This document shows, piece by piece, positions 25,604-35,018 of a DNA stretch of 52,775 bases. Source of the stretch: Clostridium sp. CAG:1024. GTDB lineage: Bacteria > Bacillota > Clostridia > Christensenellales > CAG-138. The stretch spans positions 14,044 to 66,818 of the forward strand of contig HF985514.1 in the NCBI GenBank assembly GCA_000432015.1. The letters are read 5' to 3'. Each line of letters starts with the position of its first letter. Positions within the stretch are counted from its first letter, which is position 1. Made by a program: the position numbers and the translations under genes. The notes beneath the pieces were generated by a model, which ran no database searches, had not been told where the DNA came from, and saw only the letters and a list, made by a program, of their open reading frames with translations.

Positions 25604-26992
25604 ATGGATATCGTGAACGAAAACAGTGGGACAAAGCACAAGAGCGGAAAGAGAGGACTCAATCGTCTCGATGTGTTTGTGCTGGCATTTGGCGCAATGA
25701 TCGGATGGGGATGGGTTGTGTTGTCCGGAGAATGGATTGAGCGAGCGGGAACGCTCGGTGCAATGTTGGCCTTTGCAATCGGCGGCGTGCTTGTTTTGTT
25801 TGTGGGGCTGGTATATGCAGAATTGGCTTCGGCAATGCCGACAACGGAGGGCGTGCTGCGCTTTTCCAAAACCGCGCTAGGCGCCAGGTCCGCGTTTATC
25901 TGTACCTGGGCGATCGTTCTCGGCTTCCTTGCCGTGATCGCCTTTGAAGCGGTTGCGCTTCCGACGGTGATCAACTATCTGTTTCCCGGATATGCAAAAG
26001 GATATCTCTATACGGTCGCGGGGTTTGACGTTTATGCAACATGGCTTGCGGTCGGCATCGGATGCTCTCTGCTCGTTGCCCTTATCAATTATATCGGCAT
26101 TAAATTTGCCGCTACGCTGCAAACGGTTTTGACCTGCATTATTCTGCTGATTGGAATCCTGCTGGCGGGCGGGACCGCGGTGAATGGATCTGCTGAAAAT
26201 ATGGAACCGCTGTTTGCACACGATGGCCTCGGCGGACTCCTTGCCGTCGCGGTGACGACCCCGTTTTTCTATGTTGGGTTTGATGTGATTCCGCAAGCGG
26301 CGGGGGAAATGCACATTGCATCGAAAAAAATCGGTAGAATTTTGATCATCTCCGTCGCTTTTGCGGTTGCCTGGTATGTATTGATCGTAGCTTGCGTCGG
26401 TGCGACTCTTACACACGACGCGATGCGCGCAAGCGAGCTGCCTACAGCAGATGCCATGCGCGCGGCGTTCGGAAACCATCCAATCGCGGGAAAGATTTTG
26501 GTTATCGGCGGGATTTCGGGCATACTGACGAGCTGGAATGCGTTCTATATCGGGGCAAGCCGCTTGCTCTACGCCATGGCAAAGGAGAGGATGCTTCCCG
26601 CATGGCTTGGGAAAAAACATGAAAAGTTCGATACACCAGTCAATGCAATCCTCCTGATCGCGGTTATTACAAGTCTCGCACCTTTGCTCGGGAAAAACAT
26701 GCTTTCCTGGCTGTCAAATGCCGGCAGCTTCGCTACGGTCATAACGTATCTTATCGTTTCTGTTTCCTTTCTGGTACTTCGGAAAAAACGGCCGGAGATG
26801 GAACGCCCTTACCGCATTCGAAATTGGAAATTTGTTGGGGCGGGCGCTGTACTGCTGTGCTTGCTGATGCTGACACTATATATGCCGGGCTTGCCCTCTG
26901 CGCTTGTCTGGCCGTATGAGTGGGCGATCCTCATTGCATGGACACTGTTCGGCTTCATTCTGTATCGCGCGGCAAAGCATCGAGGGAAGTAG
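25604..26992 (+). CDS. APC-superfamily amino acid/amine permease
   Basis: It has 12 predicted TM segments and the N-terminal FGAMIGWGW...YAELASAMP motif. The GGGAGGA RBS lies only 1 nt before the ATG at 25604, so the in-frame GTG at 25613 is an alternative start. Confidence 0.8.
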   Translation: MDIVNENSGTKHKSGKRGLNRLDVFVLAFGAMIGWGWVVLSGEWIERAGTLGAMLAFAIGGVLVLFVGLVYAELASAMPTTEGVLRFSKTALGARSAFICTWAIVLGFLAVIAFEAVALPTVINYLFPGYAKGYLYTVAGFDVYATWLAVGIGCSLLVALINYIGIKFAATLQTVLTCIILLIGILLAGGTAVNGSAENMEPLFAHDGLGGLLAVAVTTPFFYVGFDVIPQAAGEMHIASKKIGRILIISVAFAVAWYVLIVACVGATLTHDAMRASELPTADAMRAAFGNHPIAGKILVIGGISGILTSWNAFYIGASRLLYAMAKERMLPAWLGKKHEKFDTPVNAILLIAVITSLAPLLGKNMLSWLSNAGSFATVITYLIVSVSFLVLRKKRPEMERPYRIRNWKFVGAGAVLLCLLMLTLYMPGLPSALVWPYEWAILIAWTLFGFILYRAAKHRGK

Positions 26993-27259
26993 AGCGTCAA
27001 TGCCGTTTTGTCGAAAAGAAACAAAGAAAACTGTATGACCGGACATTGCGGGTCAAGCACGGTGACGGTAAAATGTAAGAAGTCCATCCATAACCAAACA
27101 ATAACGATCAGTTATATGCAGCATATTGAAATAAGCCTGTAATACGTTTCATCTGTTCGAAAGGAGGATGCAAACACCGAGAGGAATCAGATAAGATCAT
27201 ACTTGGGATTAGGGAATTTTGTTCGGATTCAAAAGGACAAACACAGAGAGGAGTATTCA

Positions 27260-28669
27260 ATGAACGTAGGTTCCATCATTATCTGTATTATTTATTTTGC
27301 AATTCTGATCGGTATCGCCGTGATTGCAAGCAAAAAATCGAAAAACGCGCAAGAGTTTACCAACGCCGGCCGTCGCATCGCAATGTTTGCAGCCATGTGT
27401 ACGATCATCGCCTCCGAATGGGGGAGCGGCAACGTGATCGGCACGGCGTCGGACGCTTACAGCTACGGCATCAGCGCATACATTTTCCCGGTTGCCATGG
27501 GCATCGGCATCTTCCTTCTCGGTCTGCTCCTCGCAGAAAAGTATTGGAAAATTGAAGAGATTTCCATGTGCGCGTATATCCGCAAGCGCTATTCCAAACG
27601 CTGTGAGCTGCTTGCAACCATCCTGATGGTGCTCTCCATCATCCTCGTTACCGGCGCGCAGCTCAAGTCGGGAGGCTTGTTGGCGGAGACACTGTTTGGC
27701 TGGAACAAGACCACGGCGGTGATTATTTTTGCGGTTGTTGTGTGCGTATACACCTGCATCGGCGGTCTGCTGGCCGTTGCGTATAACGATACGTTCAACC
27801 TGTGCCTTGGTGCTGCGGGCGTTCTTATCTGCCTCATTGCCGGACTGAATAAAGTCGGCGGGTTCGAAGGGATTGCAGCGTCTATGACGCCGGAGAGACT
27901 TGATCCCCGACCCTTCGGCTCTTGGATATGGGCGGTTGATTATCTCGCTTCCAGCACATTTGTTATGCTCGCGGTTCCTGAGCTCATTCAACGCATTTGG
28001 GCTTGCAAGAGCGCAAAGACTGCAAAGGCCGCTTGCATGGTCGGCGGTATTGTATACATTATTCTCGGCTTACTGAGCCTCCTGCTTGGCCTCATCGCAT
28101 ACGTCATCCTTCCGAACATCGATGCAGGACTTGCAATGCCGGAGCTGGTCATGAATCTCTTCCCGTCGCTCCTTGGCACGGTCATTCTGATGTCGGTGCT
28201 TGCAGCGCTCGTATCCACTGCGGATACAATGCTGCTCATCACTTCGACGATGATCGTAGAGGATCTTATCAAGCCCTTTGTGAAGAAGACGATCGACGAC
28301 AAAAAGACGCTGACGCTTATTCGTATTTTCATTTTCATTGTTGCGGCAATTTCAGTGTTCTTTGCGACCGGGTTCACACGCGTTCTGGGACTCGTTCTGT
28401 TCAGCTATTATGTCTATATCGGCATTTCCACGGTGTTCATATTTGGACGGATATGGAAAGGCGCAACGGAAAAGGCCGCGTTCTGGAGTATGGTCATCAG
28501 CGTGATCGCTGCTGCGATCTGGCAGTTCACGGACATGAGCTACAAGCTCACATGGACGACCACGGGCATTGTCGCAGTGGTGGCATCCTTCATTCCGTTC
28601 TTTGTGATCAGCCTCATTGAAAACGCCAAGAAGCCCAAAGCGGGCGAGCCTATGCAGGAGATCGTCTAA
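27260..28669 (+). CDS. Sodium:solute symporter (SSS) family transporter
   Basis: It has 13-14 hydrophobic segments with SSS-like spacing. An AGAGGAG RBS precedes the ATG at 27260. Confidence 0.75.
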   Translation: MNVGSIIICIIYFAILIGIAVIASKKSKNAQEFTNAGRRIAMFAAMCTIIASEWGSGNVIGTASDAYSYGISAYIFPVAMGIGIFLLGLLLAEKYWKIEEISMCAYIRKRYSKRCELLATILMVLSIILVTGAQLKSGGLLAETLFGWNKTTAVIIFAVVVCVYTCIGGLLAVAYNDTFNLCLGAAGVLICLIAGLNKVGGFEGIAASMTPERLDPRPFGSWIWAVDYLASSTFVMLAVPELIQRIWACKSAKTAKAACMVGGIVYIILGLLSLLLGLIAYVILPNIDAGLAMPELVMNLFPSLLGTVILMSVLAALVSTADTMLLITSTMIVEDLIKPFVKKTIDDKKTLTLIRIFIFIVAAISVFFATGFTRVLGLVLFSYYVYIGISTVFIFGRIWKGATEKAAFWSMVISVIAAAIWQFTDMSYKLTWTTTGIVAVVASFIPFFVISLIENAKKPKAGEPMQEIV

Positions 28670-28755
28670 TGCGCCGAACGGCTTAATCGAGACAACAGTA
28701 TCCGCTCTTTCGTCCGGAGAGAGCGGATCACACCGCACAAGGAGGATGCTGAATC

Positions 28756-30153
28756 ATGGCAAAGCTATTATTGCATGGCGCTTGGGTTTGCACGGAAGAC
28801 GCAGGGCAGCAGGTGCTGATCGAAAATGGGTATGTTGGTGTTCAGGATGATAAGATCGTATACGTCGGAAAGACGGAACCGGCGGGGTTTGAGGATGCAG
28901 AGCGCTTTGAACGGAAATATGGCTTTATCATGCCTGGACTCGTGGATATGCACTATCACAGCGATTCACCGGCAACAAAGGGCTTTCAGGAGGATTGCGG
29001 AAGCGAGCACCTGTACGGATCGATCCTGTATGAGTACTTGACAGCGATCTATGCGGCCACCACGGTGGAAGAGTGGAGAGCTATTGCAAATTTGACCTTT
29101 ATGGAGATGATTTCTGGCGGTATTACGACATGCGTGGAGTTTAACTCCTATTTCCCGGAGGAGATGGTCGATCTGCTGGGCGACTGCGGGCTGCGCGGGT
29201 ATATTGCGCCGGAGACAAACTCGCTCGATGGGTATCCGTATTCACCGGACGGAAGAAGCGTGCGCATTGAGCACAAGACCGGACCCGATATGTTCAAAAA
29301 GCTGGAGCGCAATGTCGATCTGATCGAACGCTATAACGGCGCGCACAATGACCGTGTTAGGGTGACGCTCGGACCCACGGAACCGCCTGCATGCCGCCCG
29401 GAATTGTTGCGTGAGGTGCGCAAACTGACATCGAAGTACCATGTGCCGATCACGATGCACGCGGCAGAGACGAGAATCGAGCGCAACTATATTCGCAACG
29501 AGTACGGAAAGGACTCGATCGTGCTTCTTGCGGAAAATGGTATCGTTGGGCCGGACGTGATCCTCGCGCATACCGTGTTTGCGAACGACGAAGAAAAGAG
29601 GATCATGGCGGAGACGGGAACGAACGTTGCACATTGCCCAGCGGTGTTCGTTGCGCACGGCGATTACATGAAGTCGCTTCAGAGCTACACAGATCTCGGC
29701 ATCAATGTTGCGATCGGAACGGATACCTTCCCGCAGGATATGATTCGTGAAATGCGCGTTGCCGGCTGCATGTCGCGTGTTGCCGATCAGTATTTCCGCA
29801 GTGCAAAGTCCGGACTGCTCTTCCGCTGCGCAACGCAGAACGGCGCGAAAGCGCTGGGCCGGGATGACATTGGCCGTCTCACCGTTGGGGCAAAAGCGGA
29901 TATCGCGATTGTCGATATGAATGGATTCAATACGATTCCGGTGCGCGACCCGATCCGCGTTCTTATCAGCTGCGCAACGAGCGCGAATGTGAGCGACACG
30001 ATCGTTGACGGACGCGTGCTTATGAGAAACCGCGAGTTGCTCAGCATGAATCGTGAAAAGGTCAGCGAAGCGGCCTGGTCCGCCGCAAGAATAATCTGGA
30101 GCAGGATCCCGAATCTAAACGAATTGTCACCTATGACCTGTCCCATCATCTGA
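28756..30153 (+). CDS. Amidohydrolase, ATZ/TRZ (SsnA/MtaD/chlorohydrolase-like) deaminase family
   Basis: The metal ligands are in family order: LVDMHYHSD (HxH), ITMHAAET (HxxE), ILAHTVF and AIGTDT. An AAGGAGG RBS is present. Confidence 0.75.
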   Translation: MAKLLLHGAWVCTEDAGQQVLIENGYVGVQDDKIVYVGKTEPAGFEDAERFERKYGFIMPGLVDMHYHSDSPATKGFQEDCGSEHLYGSILYEYLTAIYAATTVEEWRAIANLTFMEMISGGITTCVEFNSYFPEEMVDLLGDCGLRGYIAPETNSLDGYPYSPDGRSVRIEHKTGPDMFKKLERNVDLIERYNGAHNDRVRVTLGPTEPPACRPELLREVRKLTSKYHVPITMHAAETRIERNYIRNEYGKDSIVLLAENGIVGPDVILAHTVFANDEEKRIMAETGTNVAHCPAVFVAHGDYMKSLQSYTDLGINVAIGTDTFPQDMIREMRVAGCMSRVADQYFRSAKSGLLFRCATQNGAKALGRDDIGRLTVGAKADIAIVDMNGFNTIPVRDPIRVLISCATSANVSDTIVDGRVLMRNRELLSMNREKVSEAAWSAARIIWSRIPNLNELSPMTCPII

Positions 30154-30261
30154 GCATAAGCCTCCCATTTATGCTTTGGGGCGGCCGGTCGGAGCATATT
30201 CCCCGTGCTCCGGCCGGCTTCTGTTGTATAATTGCCGATAGGAAAGAGAGTGAGCGATATC

Positions 30262-31065
30262 ATGAGAATTGAAGTTGCCGCGGTGCAGATGCAGTGCAGG
30301 CTCGGTGAGAAACGGCGGAATTGTGAACGCATGATTCAAGAGATCGGGCGCATCAAAAAGTGCAGACCGGATACTGCGCTTATCGTGTTCCCGGAGTGCG
30401 CCGTAACGGGATATGAATGTCCGGAAGCATACCCGTCGCTTGCCGAGCGCTGGCCGGACGGCAAGAGTATAAAGATGCTTGCGCAGGCGGCGCAGCAATA
30501 CCGAGTCCATCTCATTTTCGGTTTTGTGGAGAAGGACGGTGAATTTGTGTACAACAGTGCCGCTTTTATCGACGACGAGGGGAAACCCATTGCCCGATAT
30601 AGAAAAACACATTTGGTCGAAGGCATGGAGACGGTGTCTTTCGTTGCGGGAACGGAGTTCCCCGTCTATGAGACAAAGATCGGCAGGATCGGGATCATGA
30701 TCTGTTGGGATGCGGCGTTCCCGGAGGCCGCGAGACTTCTCGCATTGCACGGCGCAGAGCTGATTGTCGTGCCGGAGGCCGTGGAATGCGGGATCGAGCA
30801 TCCATGGCAGCTTGCACTTGCGGCGCGCGCGTTCGATAACGGCGTATATGTCCTGAGCTGCAACCATGCGGGCAAGGATCGGGAACTGGAATACTTCGGT
30901 ATGAGCAGCCTGTTTTCACCCATGGGCGCTGCGGAGGCGGTGCTCGGCAAGGATGAAGCGACGCTGTGCGGAACAGTCGATTACGACGCAGTTCGCGAGG
31001 CACGCGAATACTTCTATATGCTGCGCACGCGACGGCCGGAGCTGTACCGGGATCTCTGCTGGTAA
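30262..31065 (+). CDS. Carbon-nitrogen hydrolase (nitrilase superfamily; N-carbamoyl/amide hydrolase type)
   Basis: The Glu-Lys-Cys triad contexts are present: VFPECAVTGY, RYRKTHL and GIMICWDAAFPE. Confidence 0.8.
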   Translation: MRIEVAAVQMQCRLGEKRRNCERMIQEIGRIKKCRPDTALIVFPECAVTGYECPEAYPSLAERWPDGKSIKMLAQAAQQYRVHLIFGFVEKDGEFVYNSAAFIDDEGKPIARYRKTHLVEGMETVSFVAGTEFPVYETKIGRIGIMICWDAAFPEAARLLALHGAELIVVPEAVECGIEHPWQLALAARAFDNGVYVLSCNHAGKDRELEYFGMSSLFSPMGAAEAVLGKDEATLCGTVDYDAVREAREYFYMLRTRRPELYRDLCW

Positions 31066-31088
31066 TGCACAAGTCGTTTCACAAAGAA

Positions 31089-31124
31089 AGAGCCTCTGCT
31101 CCGGTCGGAGAGAAGGCTCTTTTG
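31089..31124. terminator. Hairpin between convergent genes
   Basis: AGAGCCTCTGCTCC/GGAGAGAAGGCTCT form an imperfect stem, followed by TTTTGCGGTTTT. Confidence 0.5.
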
Positions 31125-31270
31125 CGGTTTTGGGGCTGCTTTCGGAACCGAAAGCTCCACGGATCCGCGTTCTGCGAACGGCGCCTTCAGTCACGCATAT
31201 ATGCGGCGTGTACTGCATGCAGACTGCGCAATCTGATCAGTGCGCCGCTGCGGCATTGCGCGGGAAACGA

Positions 31271-32761
31271 TCAGTTTCCGCCCTTCACATACAGCGGACA
31301 GTCGGGATACTTGCGCGCCGCCGTGTCCTCCGTCCAGCCGTTCGGCTTGTAAGGAGCGCTGACACGACCGTTTTCCGGGACAGCAACGCCGTTGTAGCTT
31401 TGCATCTCGGAATGCACGAGCAGCAGGGCGAAGGATTGTGTCGCGTCCCAGTCCGCAGGCTGCATGGCGGTCGAAATCGTAAAGACGATATCGCGCTCCA
31501 GATCAATCTTTTCCGCATTCTTTGGAAGGATGCGTTCGAGCCTCGCGCGCGAACCGTTTTCGGGGCCGTAGAACTTCATGGAGCTGTAGGCTTTGCCCTG
31601 ATTCTCCCCGTCTACAAGGAAGACCACGTCCATATAGTTGCTGAACATATGGCACTGCTGCTTTGTCCAGCCTGCGGGCGGCTGAATGCGGACGGTGAAC
31701 TCCGTGCCTTCGAGCTTTTGACGGACGGCGAGCAAGGAGAAGCTGCCGCCCTCAAGCGAGAGCCTGTCGTTTCCGACCATGGCGGTATCGCCGTTTAAGC
31801 TTTCCGCGCCGGAGAAAACGAGCGCGTCGCCCATCAACGGAACCGGGGCGGGAACGGTGAGGAAGGAAATGCTCTCCGTGCCTGCGGTCGCGTCAAAGCC
31901 GAGGTCCTCCACAAGGAGCGTCACACAGGGCTCGGGCAAATCGCTCGCGCCGGTCTCGTTCCAAGCGCGGAGCGTCGCCATGTCGTAGAAGCAGAGCCGG
32001 AGCGAGAGCGTGTGGCTGCCTTTGAGCCCCTGCCCGGCAAAAAAGCTGATGCTGACGGGTACGGCGTCCTCGTTTTGTACCATTTGGAGCAGCTCGTCAT
32101 CGGAAGCACGGTAGACGATGCTCGGCGTGGGATCTTCGCCGAAAGCGCCCCCATCGACGGAGTAGAGCGCATATGCGAAGACCATATCGTCCGGAGCCGA
32201 ATGGAGCACGCCGCCCTCGGCCTCCGTCACCGTGTACTCGGACAAGGGACGGAACAGGCTTGCAGCATTCCCGTACAGCTTTCCGGTGATGTACGCCTGC
32301 TCGCCGTCATAGAGCAGCTCGTCGATTTCGAGCCGGAGCTTTTCCGCCCAGGCCTGCCAAACCGCGTCCCTTGCGGCGGCAATGGTCACGGTATAAGCCT
32401 CTGAATCGGGCGTTTCGATCGCCGCGTCCATGGCGGGATTCGTTTCGCGTTCGTCCTTTGGCGTGGAGAGGTAATCGCCGGGTTCAACCACGGGCGTCAG
32501 GATCTTCAGAACAGCAGCGCGTGTTGAGGGAACGGCCATCGCCGTGCCGATGCATACGAGCAGCGCGGCCGCGATATACAGGAGAGAACGGCTGAGCCTG
32601 CGCCGGTGAAGCCGCGGCGCAGCGTTTCCCGCGCCGCAACCCGTTTCCCGGGCGGGAGAAACGTTTTCTGCGTCCGTTTCCCGGAGAATGTGGCGCTTCA
32701 TTGCGTCGCCCGATAACAGTGCGCGTTCGAGCGTCTGCCGATAGAGTTCTTTTTCGGTCAT
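31271..32761 (-). CDS. Membrane-anchored putative anti-sigma factor (second copy of the architecture)
   Basis: The start overlaps the stop of the upstream ECF sigma gene (ATGA). It has one TM segment (LLYIAAALLVCIGTAMAV) and a roughly 400-aa external domain. Confidence 0.6.
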   Translation of the reverse strand: MTEKELYRQTLERALLSGDAMKRHILRETDAENVSPARETGCGAGNAAPRLHRRRLSRSLLYIAAALLVCIGTAMAVPSTRAAVLKILTPVVEPGDYLSTPKDERETNPAMDAAIETPDSEAYTVTIAAARDAVWQAWAEKLRLEIDELLYDGEQAYITGKLYGNAASLFRPLSEYTVTEAEGGVLHSAPDDMVFAYALYSVDGGAFGEDPTPSIVYRASDDELLQMVQNEDAVPVSISFFAGQGLKGSHTLSLRLCFYDMATLRAWNETGASDLPEPCVTLLVEDLGFDATAGTESISFLTVPAPVPLMGDALVFSGAESLNGDTAMVGNDRLSLEGGSFSLLAVRQKLEGTEFTVRIQPPAGWTKQQCHMFSNYMDVVFLVDGENQGKAYSSMKFYGPENGSRARLERILPKNAEKIDLERDIVFTISTAMQPADWDATQSFALLLVHSEMQSYNGVAVPENGRVSAPYKPNGWTEDTAARKYPDCPLYVKGGN

Positions 32762-33285
32762 AGGGCAAGGTCTCCTTTCTTATGCAATTCGGATCGAATA
32801 CTGCGGCGGGCGCGGAAGAGACGGCTCTTGACCGCTTCTTCGGAAACGCCAAGCGAGCGGGCGATCTCTGCGACGGACATGTCGAAACCGTAATAGAGTA
32901 CGAATGTTCTGTAGACCTCTGCGGGCAGTGCGCGGGCAAGCGTGAATATCTCCTTGACAGCCACAGCGTCAAGCGCGCGGAGCGATACCTCCTGCCCGTC
33001 GTCCGGGAGAACGGCATCCGGCAGAGGCGTTTCACGTTCTTTTCGAACGGCGCGCGCGGCGTAGTGCTGCGTGATCTCGTGGCAGAGCGACTTATAGAGA
33101 AAAGCACCGGGATCGGAGATGTCCGAGAATCCGTGCTTTTTGATGCGGCGCAGGAAACGCACATAGGCGTTCTGTAACGCATCTTCCGCGTCGAACGGAT
33201 CGGATAACTTGAGGAGAGCCTGCCGGAGAAGTGCGCGGTAGGTTTCGTCGTAGACCCGGTCAAAGTAGGCTTCATACGGAAGCAT
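32758..33285 (-). CDS. ECF-type RNA polymerase sigma factor
   Basis: AEDALQNAYVRFL (region 2) and YRTFVLYYGFDMSVAEIARSLGVSEEAVKSRLFRARR (region 4). Confidence 0.85.
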   Translation of the reverse strand: MLPYEAYFDRVYDETYRALLRQALLKLSDPFDAEDALQNAYVRFLRRIKKHGFSDISDPGAFLYKSLCHEITQHYAARAVRKERETPLPDAVLPDDGQEVSLRALDAVAVKEIFTLARALPAEVYRTFVLYYGFDMSVAEIARSLGVSEEAVKSRLFRARRSIRSELHKKGDLAL

Positions 33286-33411
33286 GGCGGTTTTGATCGC
33301 CTCCTTTTCAAGACATCAAGCGCTTGTACCTGTATAGAGCGTAGCATGGAGAGATCGGTTGCGTAAACAAGAGAAAAAGATGTGATTTGCTGCCGTCGGC
33401 AAGCGTGCGCA

Positions 33412-33446
33412 TAAAAACAAGATCTCCGTGCGCACAGCAGCGGAGA
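33412..33446 (-). terminator. Intrinsic terminator of the liv-type ABC operon
   Basis: On the minus strand: TCTCCG-12 nt-CGGAGA followed by TCTTGTTTTT. Confidence 0.6.
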
Positions 33447-33481
33447 CCCAGTTCGAAATACCGTATGCAGATCTGTGGCTG

Positions 33482-34183
33482 TTATCCGCCCAGATATGCT
33501 TTTTTGACGGCAGAGCTGTTCAAAAGTTCCTGACCGGTACCCTCGAGAACGATGTTCCCGGTCTCAAGTACATAACCGCGCGTCGCAATGGACAATGCCA
33601 TTTGCGCGTTTTGTTCAACGAGCAGGATCGTGGTGCCGTGCTCGTGCAGCTCCAGAATGATGTCGAAAATCTGCTGTACAAGGATCGGCGCAAGTCCCAT
33701 GGAAGGCTCGTCGAGCATCAGCAGCTTCGGATGCGACATGAGCGCACGCCCCATGGCAAGCATCTGCTGCTCACCGCCGGACAGCGTGCCGGCGATCTGC
33801 CTGCGGCGTTCCTTCAGACGGGGGAACCGTGCATATACATCCGCGATGGACTCCGAAACACCGCTGAGCGGCTGGGTAAACGCACCCATTTCGAGGTTTT
33901 CCTCAACGGTCATGTTTTGAAAGACGCGCCGCCCCTCCGGCACATGCGCAAGACCCATTGCAACGATCTTGTGGGGCGCGACGGCATGAATGTCGCGATC
34001 CTCAAAGTGGATACCGCCGGTTCGCGTCCGCAGAAGGCCGGAGATCGTTTTCAGGATCGTGCTCTTGCCCGCGCCGTTTGCACCGATCAGCGTTACGATC
34101 TCACCGTCGTTGACCTCGAAGGAAACGTTCTTGATCGCATGAATATTGCCGTAATATACGTTAATGTCGTTCACACACAGCAT
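33482..34183 (-). CDS. livF: Branched-chain amino acid ABC transporter, ATP-binding protein (LivF type)
   Basis: Walker A GANGAGKST, the signature LSGGEQQML and Walker B LLMLDEPS. An AAGGAGG RBS precedes the ATG at 34183. Confidence 0.85.
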   Translation of the reverse strand: MLCVNDINVYYGNIHAIKNVSFEVNDGEIVTLIGANGAGKSTILKTISGLLRTRTGGIHFEDRDIHAVAPHKIVAMGLAHVPEGRRVFQNMTVEENLEMGAFTQPLSGVSESIADVYARFPRLKERRRQIAGTLSGGEQQMLAMGRALMSHPKLLMLDEPSMGLAPILVQQIFDIILELHEHGTTILLVEQNAQMALSIATRGYVLETGNIVLEGTGQELLNSSAVKKAYLGG

Positions 34184-34190
34184 GGTGATC

Positions 34191-35018
34191 TCACGCCTCC
34201 TTCTTTCCAAGGTACGCCTCGATGACGACCGGATTGTTTTTGATTTCTTCGGGCGAACCCTTGGCGATGATCTTGCCATAGTTCAGCACGGCGATGCCCT
34301 CGCAAATACCCATGACGAGCGACATATCGTGCTCAATCAGCATGATCGCGATCTGGAAGGTGTCGCGGATCTTGCGAATGTTCCCCATAAGCTCTGCGGT
34401 TTCCGCGGGGTTCATGCCTGCGGCTGGTTCGTCGAGCAGCAGCAGCTTCGGGTTTGTCGCAAGCGCACGGACGATCTCAAGCCGTCTCTGCGCGCCGTAG
34501 GGCAGGGAGCCCGCCTGATGCTGCGCCAGATCCTGCATGTCAAAGATCGAGAGCAGTTCCAGTGCGCGTTCATGCGCTTTCTTTTCCTGCTTCCAGTAGT
34601 CAGGCAGCCGCAGCAGCGCGCTCGGAAGCGGATAGCGCATCTGATTGTGCAGACCGATGAGCACGTTCTCCTCCACGGTGAGATTCCCGAACAGGCGAAT
34701 GTTCTGAAAGGTACGCGCAACGCCCATTTGGTTAATCTGGTAAGTGCGCTTCCCCTTTGTGTCGATGCCGTCGAGCAGGATCACGCCGCGCGTGGGCTGG
34801 TAAACGTTCGTAATGAGGTTAAACACCGTGGTCTTGCCCGCGCCGTTCGGCCCGATGAGTCCGGTGATTTCCGTGCGGCCCATGACGAGGGTGAAATTCT
34901 CAACAGCGTGCAGACCGCCAAAGTCGATGCCGAGACTGTGAATGTCCAGGATCGGAGGCTTGTCAATATCGCGCTCGGTCAAAAGTCCGCGGCTCGGGAT
35001 CGGGATCAGTTTGTCCAT
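34191..35018 (-). CDS. livG: Branched-chain amino acid ABC transporter, ATP-binding protein (LivG type)
   Basis: GPNGAGKTT, LPYGAQRRLEI, LLLLDEPAAG and a C-terminal BCA_ABC_TP_C-like tail. Confidence 0.85.
   Translation of the reverse strand: MDKLIPIPSRGLLTERDIDKPPILDIHSLGIDFGGLHAVENFTLVMGRTEITGLIGPNGAGKTTVFNLITNVYQPTRGVILLDGIDTKGKRTYQINQMGVARTFQNIRLFGNLTVEENVLIGLHNQMRYPLPSALLRLPDYWKQEKKAHERALELLSIFDMQDLAQHQAGSLPYGAQRRLEIVRALATNPKLLLLDEPAAGMNPAETAELMGNIRKIRDTFQIAIMLIEHDMSLVMGICEGIAVLNYGKIIAKGSPEEIKNNPVVIEAYLGKKEA

Noticed and set aside
25558-25740. A 60-aa ORF starting in the ATGCAA repeats and overlapping the permease start out of frame.
   Set aside because: It has no RBS, a basic low-complexity product, and overlaps the well-supported permease frame. 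The repeats are more plausibly DNA or RNA signals.
27168-27194. An 8-codon mini-ORF (MQTPRGIR) after AAAGGAGG in the SSS-gene leader.
   Set aside because: The SD-like sequence abuts the ATG with zero spacing, so it is unlikely to initiate. There is no supporting evidence.
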